A DNA stretch of 42,093 nucleotides from an uncultured Muribaculaceae bacterium (GTDB taxonomy: Bacteria; Bacillota_I; Bacilli_A; RF39; UBA660), in assembly GCA_964536075.1 (NCBI GenBank), contig CAZHWO010000003.1:1-42093 (forward strand), given 5' to 3'. The number at the start of each line of letters is the position of its first letter. Positions within the stretch are counted from its first letter, which is position 1. A program made the translations under genes and the position numbers. Positions 29,897 through 37,371 of the stretch are shown piece by piece. The notes beneath the pieces were generated by a model that searched no databases, had not been told where the DNA came from, and worked only from the letters and a program-made list of their open reading frames with translations.

Positions 29897-30250
29897 TAAT
29901 ATTTTATAAGCCATGTTTTGTTCCTATTTCTAGGCGACAAACATCTATCTACTACTTACGTAGTCTTTGAATCCGTTATCATTCCTTCATCAAAACTCCC
30001 CTACCAATTTTGGGTTTCTCGCTTGTGGGGTTTACCGCGTTTCAAACTTTAAATTTCTCTAAAGTCTAGTCTCTGTGGCACTTTTACATCTATTCTAATC
30101 ATATCATTAAGACTTAGATTATTTCGAAGCCGTTAGCTTACACTACCCTAGGTTATTTTTTCCCTAAGCACAATCATTAAGAACATCACAGTTCTTGCGA
30201 GCATGGACTTTCCTCTACATTATAAAAATGCAGCGTTTGTCAAAATATTA
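29897..30250 (-). ncRNA. rnpB: RNase P RNA, type B
   Basis: The minus strand contains the universally conserved blocks GAGGAAAGTCCATGCTCGCA, AAAGTGCCACAGAGAC, GAAACGCGGTAAACCCCACAAGCGAGAAACCCAAAATTGGTAGGGG and GGAACAAAACATGGCTTAT. These are in the same order as in B. subtilis RNase P RNA. A P1 helix forms between UAAUAUUUUG (5') and UAAAAUAUUA (3'). It sits downstream of gpsB, as in B. subtilis. The ends are approximate. Confidence 0.93.
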
Positions 30251-30571
30251 TTCCTCTTTACCATAAACGATCTTTTCCAGGTGAGATAATCTGCGCATAA
30301 TATCAACATTGGTAATTTCACGATCACTCGTTTTAGCAATTTCAATACTCATCTTAGCATTACGAAGTTCCTGTTTTAAAGCCATTATTTCATTCAATAA
30401 TTCTTCTTTCTCTTTTTCTAAAGATCTGGTTATGTCATAAAATTGCTCATAGTCATGAATGATAATATCTAAGTATTGATCAACCTCTTTTAAACGATAT
30501 CCTCTAGTATCTATTTTAAATTCCTTTTCTAAAATATCTTGAGGTGTTAACGTAACCTTATTTTGATACAT
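30248..30571 (-). CDS. gpsB: cell-cycle protein GpsB (DivIVA-domain)
   Basis: 107 aa. It has the DivIVA N-domain LTPQDILEKEFKIDTRGYRLKEVDQYLD and a C-terminal coiled coil. SD GGTGAT 5 nt upstream. Confidence 0.88.
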   Translation of the reverse strand: MYQNKVTLTPQDILEKEFKIDTRGYRLKEVDQYLDIIIHDYEQFYDITRSLEKEKEELLNEIMALKQELRNAKMSIEIAKTSDREITNVDIMRRLSHLEKIVYGKEE

Positions 30572-30603
30572 AAATTATCACCAATCCCTATAGTTGTATT
30601 CTC

Positions 30604-30732
30604 TCAAAAATCTCCTGTTTTGTCAATTGCTTTGCTATTTATTTCCAAATTAATTAACGATTTTTTCATTCTTATATAAACTGTATTGCTAATCATTTTA
30701 TTAAGAATTCTACAAACTTCCATCTGATCCAT
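30604..30732 (-). CDS. candidate 42-codon small ORF upstream of gpsB (hypothetical)
   Basis: ATG preceded by GGTGAT-acaaa, the same SD type and spacing as gpsB and recU. It translates as MDQMEVCRILNKMISNTVYIRMKKSLINLEINSKAIDKTGDF and ends 32 nt before gpsB. No recognisable family. Confidence 0.25.
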   Translation of the reverse strand: MDQMEVCRILNKMISNTVYIRMKKSLINLEINSKAIDKTGDF

Positions 30733-30863
30733 TTTGTATCACCAAACCAACAATAACATAATTTGTTATTCTTTTCATTAATTCCGACAAACCTTTTATT
30801 TATTCGACAAAAAGGTGGTAGAAAAAAAGTTTAAAATATTGTATAATTTAAAGTGGTGATATC

Positions 30864-31463
30864 ATGAATTATCCAAATGGCATAAAAAAGAAAAAAAATC
30901 AGCCTATACCAATTAAATATGATAATCGTGGTATGAATCTGGAAGAAGAAATCAATATTAGTAATAATTTTTATTTAGAGAAAAATATAGCCATTATATA
31001 TAAAAAACCAACCCCGATTCGTATCGTAAAAGTTGATTACTCAACTAATCGAAAACCCATTATTAAAGAAGCTTTTTTTGAAAAGCCTTCAACAACTGAT
31101 TATAATGGTCTTTATAAAGGATATTATATTGATTTTGACGCTAAAGAAACTAATAATACTAGTAAATTGCCTTTGGCCAATATTCATAAACATCAACTTG
31201 ATCATCTGCGAAGAGTATATGAACATGGTGGCATCAGTTTTCTGATCGTTAGATTTAATAAGAGCTATGAAACATACGTTATATTAGGAAAACAATTATT
31301 GGATTATATACAAAATAATAGTATTAAATACATAAGTAAAACATTTTTTGATAAAAAGTGCTATAAAATAAGCTATAATTATCTTAATAAACTAGACTAC
31401 CTTAAAATAATAGATAAAATATTGGAGGAAAAAAATGAAAAAGACCAAAAAGAAAAAGACTAA
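30864..31463 (+). CDS. recU: Holliday junction resolvase RecU
   Basis: 199 aa. RecU hallmarks are present: NRGMNLEEEINISNNFY, IYKKPTPIRIVKVDY, DFDAKET. recU-ponA synteny. SD GGTGAT. Confidence 0.9.
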   Translation: MNYPNGIKKKKNQPIPIKYDNRGMNLEEEINISNNFYLEKNIAIIYKKPTPIRIVKVDYSTNRKPIIKEAFFEKPSTTDYNGLYKGYYIDFDAKETNNTSKLPLANIHKHQLDHLRRVYEHGGISFLIVRFNKSYETYVILGKQLLDYIQNNSIKYISKTFFDKKCYKISYNYLNKLDYLKIIDKILEEKNEKDQKEKD

Positions 31464-34185
31464 TAAACCTTTTAAAAGACTAAATTTTGATTTTAAAAAC
31501 CCAAAATTTATTAAATTTTCCGTTATAGCTCTTTTATTAATTATATCCATTATTATCCTTAAGCCTTTATTAACTGGTATTTTAGTCATGGGCATAATAA
31601 TTATTCTCTATTGCACTAAACTATTTGAAAAAGCTAAAGGAAAAAAAAGTAAACGAAGAGTTCTAAAGATTATCTTTACTATTCTTCTTAGTATTTTCAG
31701 TTTTTTTATAATAATGGGAGTTCTTTTTTGTATATACATTGTTGTTGATGCCCCAAAATTTGATGTTAGTAAACTTAATTATAAGGAATCAACTATTATC
31801 TATGATAAAGATGGCAATGAAATAACTAAATTAGGATCGCAATTAAGAGAAAATGTTACTTATGATAAATTGCCTCAAGTATTAATTGATGCCATTGTCG
31901 CTACCGAAGATGCCCGCTTCTTTCAACATAATGGTTTTGACCTGTCAAGATTTGTTATTGCCACAATCAAACAATTAATGGGTCAAAGTGATGCTGGAGG
32001 AGCCTCTACTATTTCTATGCAGGTTATCAAAAACAGCTTTACCTCATCAACTTCCTCTGGTATCAAAGGTATTGTAAGAAAGTTTACCGATATATACTTA
32101 GCTGTTTTCAAATTAGAAAAACAATTTACTAAGGAACAAATTTTTGAATACTATGTTAATAATCACTTACTTGGTGGCAATATTTATGGTGTAGAAGAAG
32201 CTGCTCAATCATATTTTGGTAAGAGTGTAAAAGACTTAAGCCTGAGCGAAGCAACCGTTATAACCGGATTATTTCAGTCACCTAATGCCTATAACCCGTA
32301 TACTTATCCGGAAGCGTCTGAAAAAAGACAAAACACTGTTTTATATTTAATGCGAAGACATAAATATATTACCAAAGAAGAAGCCGATTTAACAGCTAAT
32401 ATTCCCATAAGTTCTCTATTAAATGGTTCAGAAAAACAAGTAGCTTATCAATCTTATATTGATACCATTACTGAAGAGATTATTGCTAAATATAAAATGA
32501 ATCCATATGAAGTGCCCATGCTTATCTATTCTAATATGGATGTAACAAGACAAACAGATATTGATAATATTTATAACGGCGTAACTTATGAATGGCCAGA
32601 TGATAAAATCCAAAGTGGGGCAGCTGTGGTTGAAGCTTCAACAGGCAAAATTTTAGCTATTGGCGCTGGTCGAAATCGAACTGGGGTTAGATCATATAAT
32701 TATGCCACAATGATTAATCGCCAAATTGGGTCAACAGCTAAGCCTCTATTTGACTATGGACCAGGAATTGAATATGAAAATTGGTCAACATATACCCAAT
32801 TTGTTGACGAACCATATGCTTATTCCGATGGCAAACCAATTAGAAATTCTGATGGTAAGTATTTAGGCCAGATTTCCTTAAAGACTGCTCTAGCTGCTTC
32901 CAGAAATATTCCGGCCTTAAAAGCTTTTCAAAATCTCGATAATTCTAAAATTCTTAAATTTGTTACCAGTTTAGGTATTAAACCCGAAGTTAGTAATGGT
33001 TATTTGCACGAAGCTCATGCCATTGGGGCATTTAATGGAGCTAATCCATTGTCTATGGCTGCCGCTTATGCCGCTTTCGATAACGGAGGCTTTTATAATG
33101 AACCTTATTCTGTAAGTAAACTTATTGTTAGAAGTACTGGTGAAGAAATTGAACATAAAGGAGAGCCAGTTAGAGTTATGAGTGATTCAACCGCCTATCT
33201 TATAACCAATATTCTAAGGTATGCCGTTACGGCTGGATACGTGGGTGCACGAAGTCAAGGAGCTGAAGTTGCTGGTAAAACGGGAACCTCCAATCTTGAT
33301 GCTGAGAAAGTAGAAAAATATAATCTACCTTCCCAATTCAATGATTTATGGGTAATTGGATATGATCCCGATGTTGTTTTAGGTCTATGGATGGGCTATA
33401 AAGAAATAAATGGTTACGTTGATAATAGTAATGGTTATGCTAAACGAAGTAAACTATTTAATGCGGTATCTTATGTTGTTTTCAAAGCTAAAGGGAAAAC
33501 CTTTTCCATGCCTAATTCAGTTATTGAAGTAGCCATTGAAAAAGGATCTAATCCAGCTATGCTAGCTAGTGATGGGACACCAGCTGATATGATAACATAT
33601 GAATATTTTAAAAAAGGAACTGAACCAACTGAAGTCTCCCCTACATATCAATCAATGACTAATCCCTCCAATTTATCCATAAATTATAATGATAATACAG
33701 TAAAACTAACTTGGGATGGAATTAATAAAGCAAATAATGGTCAATTTGGTTATGATATATATTTTAATGATGGAATTGAAAATAAATATCTAGGTTTCAC
33801 CAATAAAGAAACATATGAATATAACACTGATGAACCATATGGTACTTATACCATTAAGAGCTCTTACAAAGATAACAAAAACTTCCAAAGTAGTGGTATA
33901 AGCAAAACTTTAAAAGCTCCTGATAGTAGTGACTTGACGGTTTCCTTAGTTGGTAGCAATAATATTACAATTAATGTTAATGATCCTTATACGGACAGTG
34001 GCATAATGGTTTCTTACAAAGGCACAGATATAACATCTTCAGCCACCATTAATAAAACAATTAAGTTTAATGACACAGCGGTAAACGAGATAAAAACCAA
34101 TACTGCCGGTACCTATACCATCAGTTATACCGCTATTTATAAAACCAGGGAAAAAACCATTACTAGGAAAGTAATTGTAAAATAA
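31435..34185 (+). CDS. ponA: bifunctional class A penicillin-binding protein PBP1A (glycosyltransferase/transpeptidase) with a C-terminal FN3/Ig-like extension
   Basis: 916 aa. It has an N-terminal TM, GT51 motifs (EDARFFQHNGFD, GASTISMQVIKN), and transpeptidase motifs SxxK (GSTAKP), SRN and KTGT. The start overlaps recU by 29 nt. SD GGAGG. Confidence 0.95.
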   Translation: MKKTKKKKTNKPFKRLNFDFKNPKFIKFSVIALLLIISIIILKPLLTGILVMGIIIILYCTKLFEKAKGKKSKRRVLKIIFTILLSIFSFFIIMGVLFCIYIVVDAPKFDVSKLNYKESTIIYDKDGNEITKLGSQLRENVTYDKLPQVLIDAIVATEDARFFQHNGFDLSRFVIATIKQLMGQSDAGGASTISMQVIKNSFTSSTSSGIKGIVRKFTDIYLAVFKLEKQFTKEQIFEYYVNNHLLGGNIYGVEEAAQSYFGKSVKDLSLSEATVITGLFQSPNAYNPYTYPEASEKRQNTVLYLMRRHKYITKEEADLTANIPISSLLNGSEKQVAYQSYIDTITEEIIAKYKMNPYEVPMLIYSNMDVTRQTDIDNIYNGVTYEWPDDKIQSGAAVVEASTGKILAIGAGRNRTGVRSYNYATMINRQIGSTAKPLFDYGPGIEYENWSTYTQFVDEPYAYSDGKPIRNSDGKYLGQISLKTALAASRNIPALKAFQNLDNSKILKFVTSLGIKPEVSNGYLHEAHAIGAFNGANPLSMAAAYAAFDNGGFYNEPYSVSKLIVRSTGEEIEHKGEPVRVMSDSTAYLITNILRYAVTAGYVGARSQGAEVAGKTGTSNLDAEKVEKYNLPSQFNDLWVIGYDPDVVLGLWMGYKEINGYVDNSNGYAKRSKLFNAVSYVVFKAKGKTFSMPNSVIEVAIEKGSNPAMLASDGTPADMITYEYFKKGTEPTEVSPTYQSMTNPSNLSINYNDNTVKLTWDGINKANNGQFGYDIYFNDGIENKYLGFTNKETYEYNTDEPYGTYTIKSSYKDNKNFQSSGISKTLKAPDSSDLTVSLVGSNNITINVNDPYTDSGIMVSYKGTDITSSATINKTIKFNDTAVNEIKTNTAGTYTISYTAIYKTREKTITRKVIVK

Positions 34186-34213
34186 GAGAACTATATCATA
34201 AGTTCTCTTTTTT
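34185..34213. terminator. bidirectional terminator shared by the convergent ponA and nth
   Basis: 8-bp stem AGAGAACT / AGTTCTCT with an 8-nt loop and TTTTT on the plus strand. The stem-loop contains the last codons and stop of nth. Confidence 0.7.
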
Positions 34214-34825
34214 GCAATCTGCTTTTAATAAACACTCTAGGCAATCGGGTTTTTTAGCTTTACAATGATATCGACCAAATAATATCAATTGATGATTAAT
34301 TTTATTCCACTCAGTTTGTTTAAAAACATTCATTAATTTTTTTTCTATTTTTAGTGGGTCATCACTGCTACCAGCTAGTCCTAATCTTTTTGATACGCGT
34401 GTTACATGAGTATCTACGGCTATTGTTGGAACATTGTATAGCTCACTTAAAATAACATTAGTACTTTTGCGCCCTATTCCGGGTAATCTTTCTAAAAATT
34501 TCCTATCATTAGGCACAATCCCGTTACTCTTTGTCTTTAGTTCATGGACAATCTGTTTAATATAAACAGCCTTACGATTATGAGTACCAACTGGTTTAAT
34601 AATGGCCATTATATCTACTAAAGGAGCTTTATCTAATAATTCTATTGTTGAATACTTACTATATAACTCTTTTGTTACTTGGTTTACCCGCTTATCTGTT
34701 GACTGAGCACTCATCATTACTGCAATTACTAATTCATAATCTTTCGAATAATTTAGTTCACAAATAGGATTTACAATGATTCTATCTAGATAATCAACAA
34801 TCCTTTTGCTATTCATCTTCATCAT
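34196..34825 (-). CDS. nth: endonuclease III
   Basis: 209 aa. It has an HhH-GPD motif (LPGIGRKSTNVIL, VDTHV) and the 4Fe-4S cluster loop CKAKKPDCLECLLKADC. The start overlaps the end of dnaD. Which of the three clustered ATGs is used is unclear. Confidence 0.92.
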   Translation of the reverse strand: MMKMNSKRIVDYLDRIIVNPICELNYSKDYELVIAVMMSAQSTDKRVNQVTKELYSKYSTIELLDKAPLVDIMAIIKPVGTHNRKAVYIKQIVHELKTKSNGIVPNDRKFLERLPGIGRKSTNVILSELYNVPTIAVDTHVTRVSKRLGLAGSSDDPLKIEKKLMNVFKQTEWNKINHQLILFGRYHCKAKKPDCLECLLKADCKKENL

Positions 34826-35456
34826 TTAACCAATCATAGTTAAAAACCTCTTTAGGTTCGTTCTTCTTTTCATCTTTTTTTCTGATGATATCGGTAACCT
34901 TTTTATAACCTTTTTTATGCCATTCATTTAATATAACATCCATATATCTCAAATTATATACGCCATTATATACAGCTTCCTTCAAAGCTTCTAATACTAG
35001 CTCTTCACTACTATAATCATTTAACCAAGCTTTAATTATTTCATATTCCATAGGACTAAGCGGTCGCCCAAATTCCTTCTCTATAACCTCATAAATAGAG
35101 CTATTTACTTCTTTGTCTTTATCATTGTCAATTATCTGTAATTTGACTTTATTATAAAAAGGCGTTAAAAATATATACTCTTGTAAAACTTTTTGGTTAT
35201 CGGGAATGGTCTTTAATTCTACTAAGCCTTTACTAGTAAGATCATCAATAAATTCCATAATAACAGGTAAATTAATATGCAAATCTTGTTCAATTATATT
35301 GGGATCAAAAATACTTTTTTCGCCTAAATCATTTAAATACATAAGAAGAATAAATTCATCACCAGATATCTTTAAATCTCGACAAATAGAATATAAAAAG
35401 ACTGGAACGGTTAAGTATTTACTTTTTATTATATTGGTTAATTTATTATCATCCAT
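34809..35456 (-). CDS. dnaD: DnaD-domain replication initiation/primosome protein
   Basis: 215 aa. It has an N-terminal winged-helix-like region plus a DnaB_2/DnaD C-domain (IEKEFGRPLSPMEYEIIKAWL ... EALKEAV). dnaD-nth synteny matches Bacillus. Confidence 0.78.
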   Translation of the reverse strand: MDDNKLTNIIKSKYLTVPVFLYSICRDLKISGDEFILLMYLNDLGEKSIFDPNIIEQDLHINLPVIMEFIDDLTSKGLVELKTIPDNQKVLQEYIFLTPFYNKVKLQIIDNDKDKEVNSSIYEVIEKEFGRPLSPMEYEIIKAWLNDYSSEELVLEALKEAVYNGVYNLRYMDVILNEWHKKGYKKVTDIIRKKDEKKNEPKEVFNYDWLNDEDE

Positions 35457-35476
35457 ATTAAAACCTCCCAGTAATT

Positions 35477-35505
35477 ATTATAACACACTATTAAAATGTC
35501 CACAA
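35477..35505 (-). promoter_or_regulatory. promoter for dnaD-nth (TTGTGG-17 nt-TGtTATAAT)
   Basis: On the minus strand, TTGTGG (35505..35500), a 17-nt spacer ending in TGT, then TATAAT (35482..35477). Confidence 0.55.
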
Positions 35506-35529
35506 AAAAAAAGTATGCCTAACATACTT
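35503..35529 (-). terminator. rho-independent terminator of cca
   Basis: 7-bp stem AAGTATG / CATACTT with a 5-nt loop, followed by an 8-T run on the minus strand. The stem overlaps the cca stop codon. Confidence 0.75.
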
Positions 35530-36619
35530 ATTTATAATTAGCTAATACATAGTTCTTTAACACATCTTTATTATTTTCAAGCTCACCTAAAAGAATTTTT
35601 TCTTCTAGGTCATTAATTATTTGTTTTATTTTATAAGAAGAAGGAATATTTAAAAATTGCATAATTTGCTGACCAGAGATATTTATGTCTTTTCTCGTTT
35701 TTATAGGAAGCGCATTATACCTATCAACAACTAATTTTCGTGATAATCCCTTTATACTTGCTGATTCAAGATTTACATAAAGACCATACTTATATAAAAC
35801 ATCTTTTTTTAAATTATCCAAACTTAAACATTCCCTAATCTGAGAAATCAATTGTTTTTCGTTTTTAGTATAAGGATAAACCTCTTTTTTATCAATCAAT
35901 AACCAAATAGCTAGTAGATCTGTTGTATCATTTACTTTATCTAAATCAAATAACTCTAATTCATAATCCAGATGTAATTCTTTTAATAAAGAAATACCAT
36001 ATTGTTTGTTTTCACTTGTGAAGATTTTTTTTAATTCTTCTTTCTTTCGATCATAAGATAAATTTTGCAATAATCCCTTAGTAGCTATAATATTGGTTTT
36101 TATATCCGTAGCCAATTGGAAATTAAGAACTGTAGCAAATCTAACAGCCCGAAGAATTCTTAAGGCATCATCCGAAAAAGAAGTAAAGGGGTTGTTAACA
36201 CAGACAATTAATCTATTATCCAGATCTTTTTTACCATTTAACAAATCAATTACCTGTCCCTTACTATCCATACATAAGGTATTTATAGTAAAATCCCTTC
36301 TCTTTAAATCTTCTTTTAGGTCTTTAATATATTCAATAGAGGAGGGTCTACGATTGCCAATATAACTTAATTCTTTCCTATAAGTTGTTATTTCAAAACG
36401 TATTTGCTCATAAATAACGGTGACCGATCCATAGTCCTCATTAGGTAAACATGCATCTTTAAAAATATCTTTAATCTCTTTTGGGGTAGCAGAAGTATTA
36501 ATATCAACATCAGAAGACAAAATCCCTAACAGATAATCACGAACAAATCCCCCAACAATATAAGCTTCAAATCCTTGTTCTTCTATTTTTTTTAATAATT
36601 CCAACGATGTATCTAACAT
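35528..36619 (-). CDS. cca: CCA-adding tRNA nucleotidyltransferase
   Basis: 363 aa. It has the PolyA_pol head motif GFEAYIVGGFVRDYLLG...DVDI, RRDFTIN, and ALRILRAVRF. Confidence 0.9.
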   Translation of the reverse strand: MLDTSLELLKKIEEQGFEAYIVGGFVRDYLLGILSSDVDINTSATPKEIKDIFKDACLPNEDYGSVTVIYEQIRFEITTYRKELSYIGNRRPSSIEYIKDLKEDLKRRDFTINTLCMDSKGQVIDLLNGKKDLDNRLIVCVNNPFTSFSDDALRILRAVRFATVLNFQLATDIKTNIIATKGLLQNLSYDRKKEELKKIFTSENKQYGISLLKELHLDYELELFDLDKVNDTTDLLAIWLLIDKKEVYPYTKNEKQLISQIRECLSLDNLKKDVLYKYGLYVNLESASIKGLSRKLVVDRYNALPIKTRKDINISGQQIMQFLNIPSSYKIKQIINDLEEKILLGELENNKDVLKNYVLANYK

Positions 36620-36642
36620 AACTATACTCCTCTTATAATTAT

Positions 36643-36651
36643 ATTATAGCA
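36643..36651 (-). promoter_or_regulatory. extended -10 element (TGCTATAAT) for cca
   Basis: Perfect TGnTATAAT on the minus strand, between the hup terminator and the cca SD (AAGAGGAG). Confidence 0.5.
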
Positions 36652-36657
36652 TAAAAG

Positions 36658-36684
36658 CAAAATAAAAAGCCATAAGGCTTTTTA
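36658..36684 (-). terminator. rho-independent terminator of hup
   Basis: 8-bp stem AAAAAGCC / GGCTTTTT with a 4-nt loop, directly after the TAA stop, with a T-rich tail. Confidence 0.75.
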
Positions 36685-36957
36685 TTAGTTAACAGATTCT
36701 TTTAATTGAGAACCAGCTTTAAATGAAACAGCGTTTCTTGCAGCAATTTTAACAACTGCCCCTGTTTGAGGATTACGGCCGTTACGAGCTGCTCTCTTTG
36801 AAACTGAGAATGTACCAAATCCAACAACTGGTACTTTATCTCCTTTCTTTAAAGCCCCTGTAATAGCTGCAAAAGTTGCATCAATAGCTCTATTAGCATC
36901 AGCTTTAGTTAAACCAGCTTTTGCTGCAACAACATCGATTAAATCAGCTTTTTTCAT
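36685..36957 (-). CDS. hup: DNA-binding protein HU
   Basis: 90 aa from the ATG at 36957 (MKKADLIDVVAAKAGLTKADANRAIDATF ... GFGTFSVSKRAARNGRNPQTG), a canonical HU sequence. The 10 upstream codons in the track include the SD GGGAGG. Confidence 0.96.
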   Translation of the reverse strand: MKKADLIDVVAAKAGLTKADANRAIDATFAAITGALKKGDKVPVVGFGTFSVSKRAARNGRNPQTGAVVKIAARNAVSFKAGSQLKESVN

Positions 36958-37081
36958 TATTGTATTACCTCCCATTTTTTTAAGCACATTTTAGACACTA
37001 TGCTTATATATATAAATTATCATAGTTTATAGGTAAAAGCAATGTTTTTAATAAAAAAAGTAAAGTTTTTTCCTAAAAAGT

Positions 37082-37104
37082 AAAAAACGGCAAAATATTG
37101 CCGT
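37082..37104 (-). terminator. rho-independent terminator after the tRNA-Asn pair
   Basis: 7-bp stem ACGGCAA / TTGCCGT with a 4-nt loop, followed by TTTTTT on the minus strand, 12 nt after the tRNA CCA end. Confidence 0.85.
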
Positions 37105-37115
37105 AATTTGATAAG

Positions 37116-37191
37116 TGGCGCCCAATACAGGACTCGGACCTGTGACACTCTGATTAACAGTCAGATACTCTACCAGCTGAGCTAATTGGGC
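37116..37191 (-). tRNA. tRNA-Asn (anticodon GTT), copy 1, CCA encoded
   Basis: Minus strand: GCCCAATTAGCTCAGCTGGTAGAGTATCTGACTGTTAATCAGAGTGTCACAGGTCCGAGTCCTGTATTGGGCGCCA. It folds as a cloverleaf: acceptor 7 bp, D stem 4 bp, anticodon stem TCTGA/TCAGA with loop CTGTTAA, T stem ACAGG/CCTGT. Confidence 0.93.
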
Positions 37192-37196
37192 ATTTA

Positions 37197-37272
37197 TGGC
37201 GCCTAGTACAGGACTCGGACCTGTGACACTCTGATTAACAGTCAGATACTCTACCAACTGAGCTAACTAGGC
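37197..37272 (-). tRNA. tRNA-Asn (anticodon GTT), copy 2, CCA encoded
   Basis: Minus strand: GCCTAGTTAGCTCAGTTGGTAGAGTATCTGACTGTTAATCAGAGTGTCACAGGTCCGAGTCCTGTACTAGGCGCCA. It lies 5 nt upstream of copy 1. It differs from copy 1 only by compensated acceptor-stem pairs and one D-loop base. Confidence 0.93.
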
Positions 37273-37296
37273 ATTTACGCTTAAACACGTAAAACA

Positions 37297-37325
37297 ATTT
37301 TATATCAAAAGGCCATAATTGTCAA
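37297..37325 (-). promoter_or_regulatory. near-consensus promoter for the tRNA-Asn pair (TTGACA-17 nt-TAAAAT)
   Basis: On the minus strand, perfect TTGACA (37325..37320), a 17-nt spacer, then TAAAAT (37302..37297), about 25 nt upstream of the first tRNA. Confidence 0.7.
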
Positions 37326-37371
37326 CACTTTATCATGGCTTTAATAATTATCTTATGCAAAAAAAGAAGAA

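Noticed and set aside
35206-35541. 111-aa plus-strand ORF, together with the other 60-90-aa ORFs on the opposite strand of large genes (e.g. 1443-1631, 9915-10097, 21492-21689, 22341-22577, 24744-24962, 26194-26406, 27696-27947, 29409-29675, 32428-32613, 36093-36365, 41605-41814)
   Set aside because: All are antisense or out-of-frame shadows of well-supported conserved genes. They lack SD sequences and encode low-complexity Ile/Leu/Ser/Phe-rich products.
37048-37257. 69-aa ORF with an internal peptide repeat (VEYLTVNQSVTGPSPVLGA twice)
   Set aside because: The repeat is the translation of the two tandem tRNA-Asn genes on the same strand. There is no SD, and the region is fully explained by the tRNAs plus their terminator.
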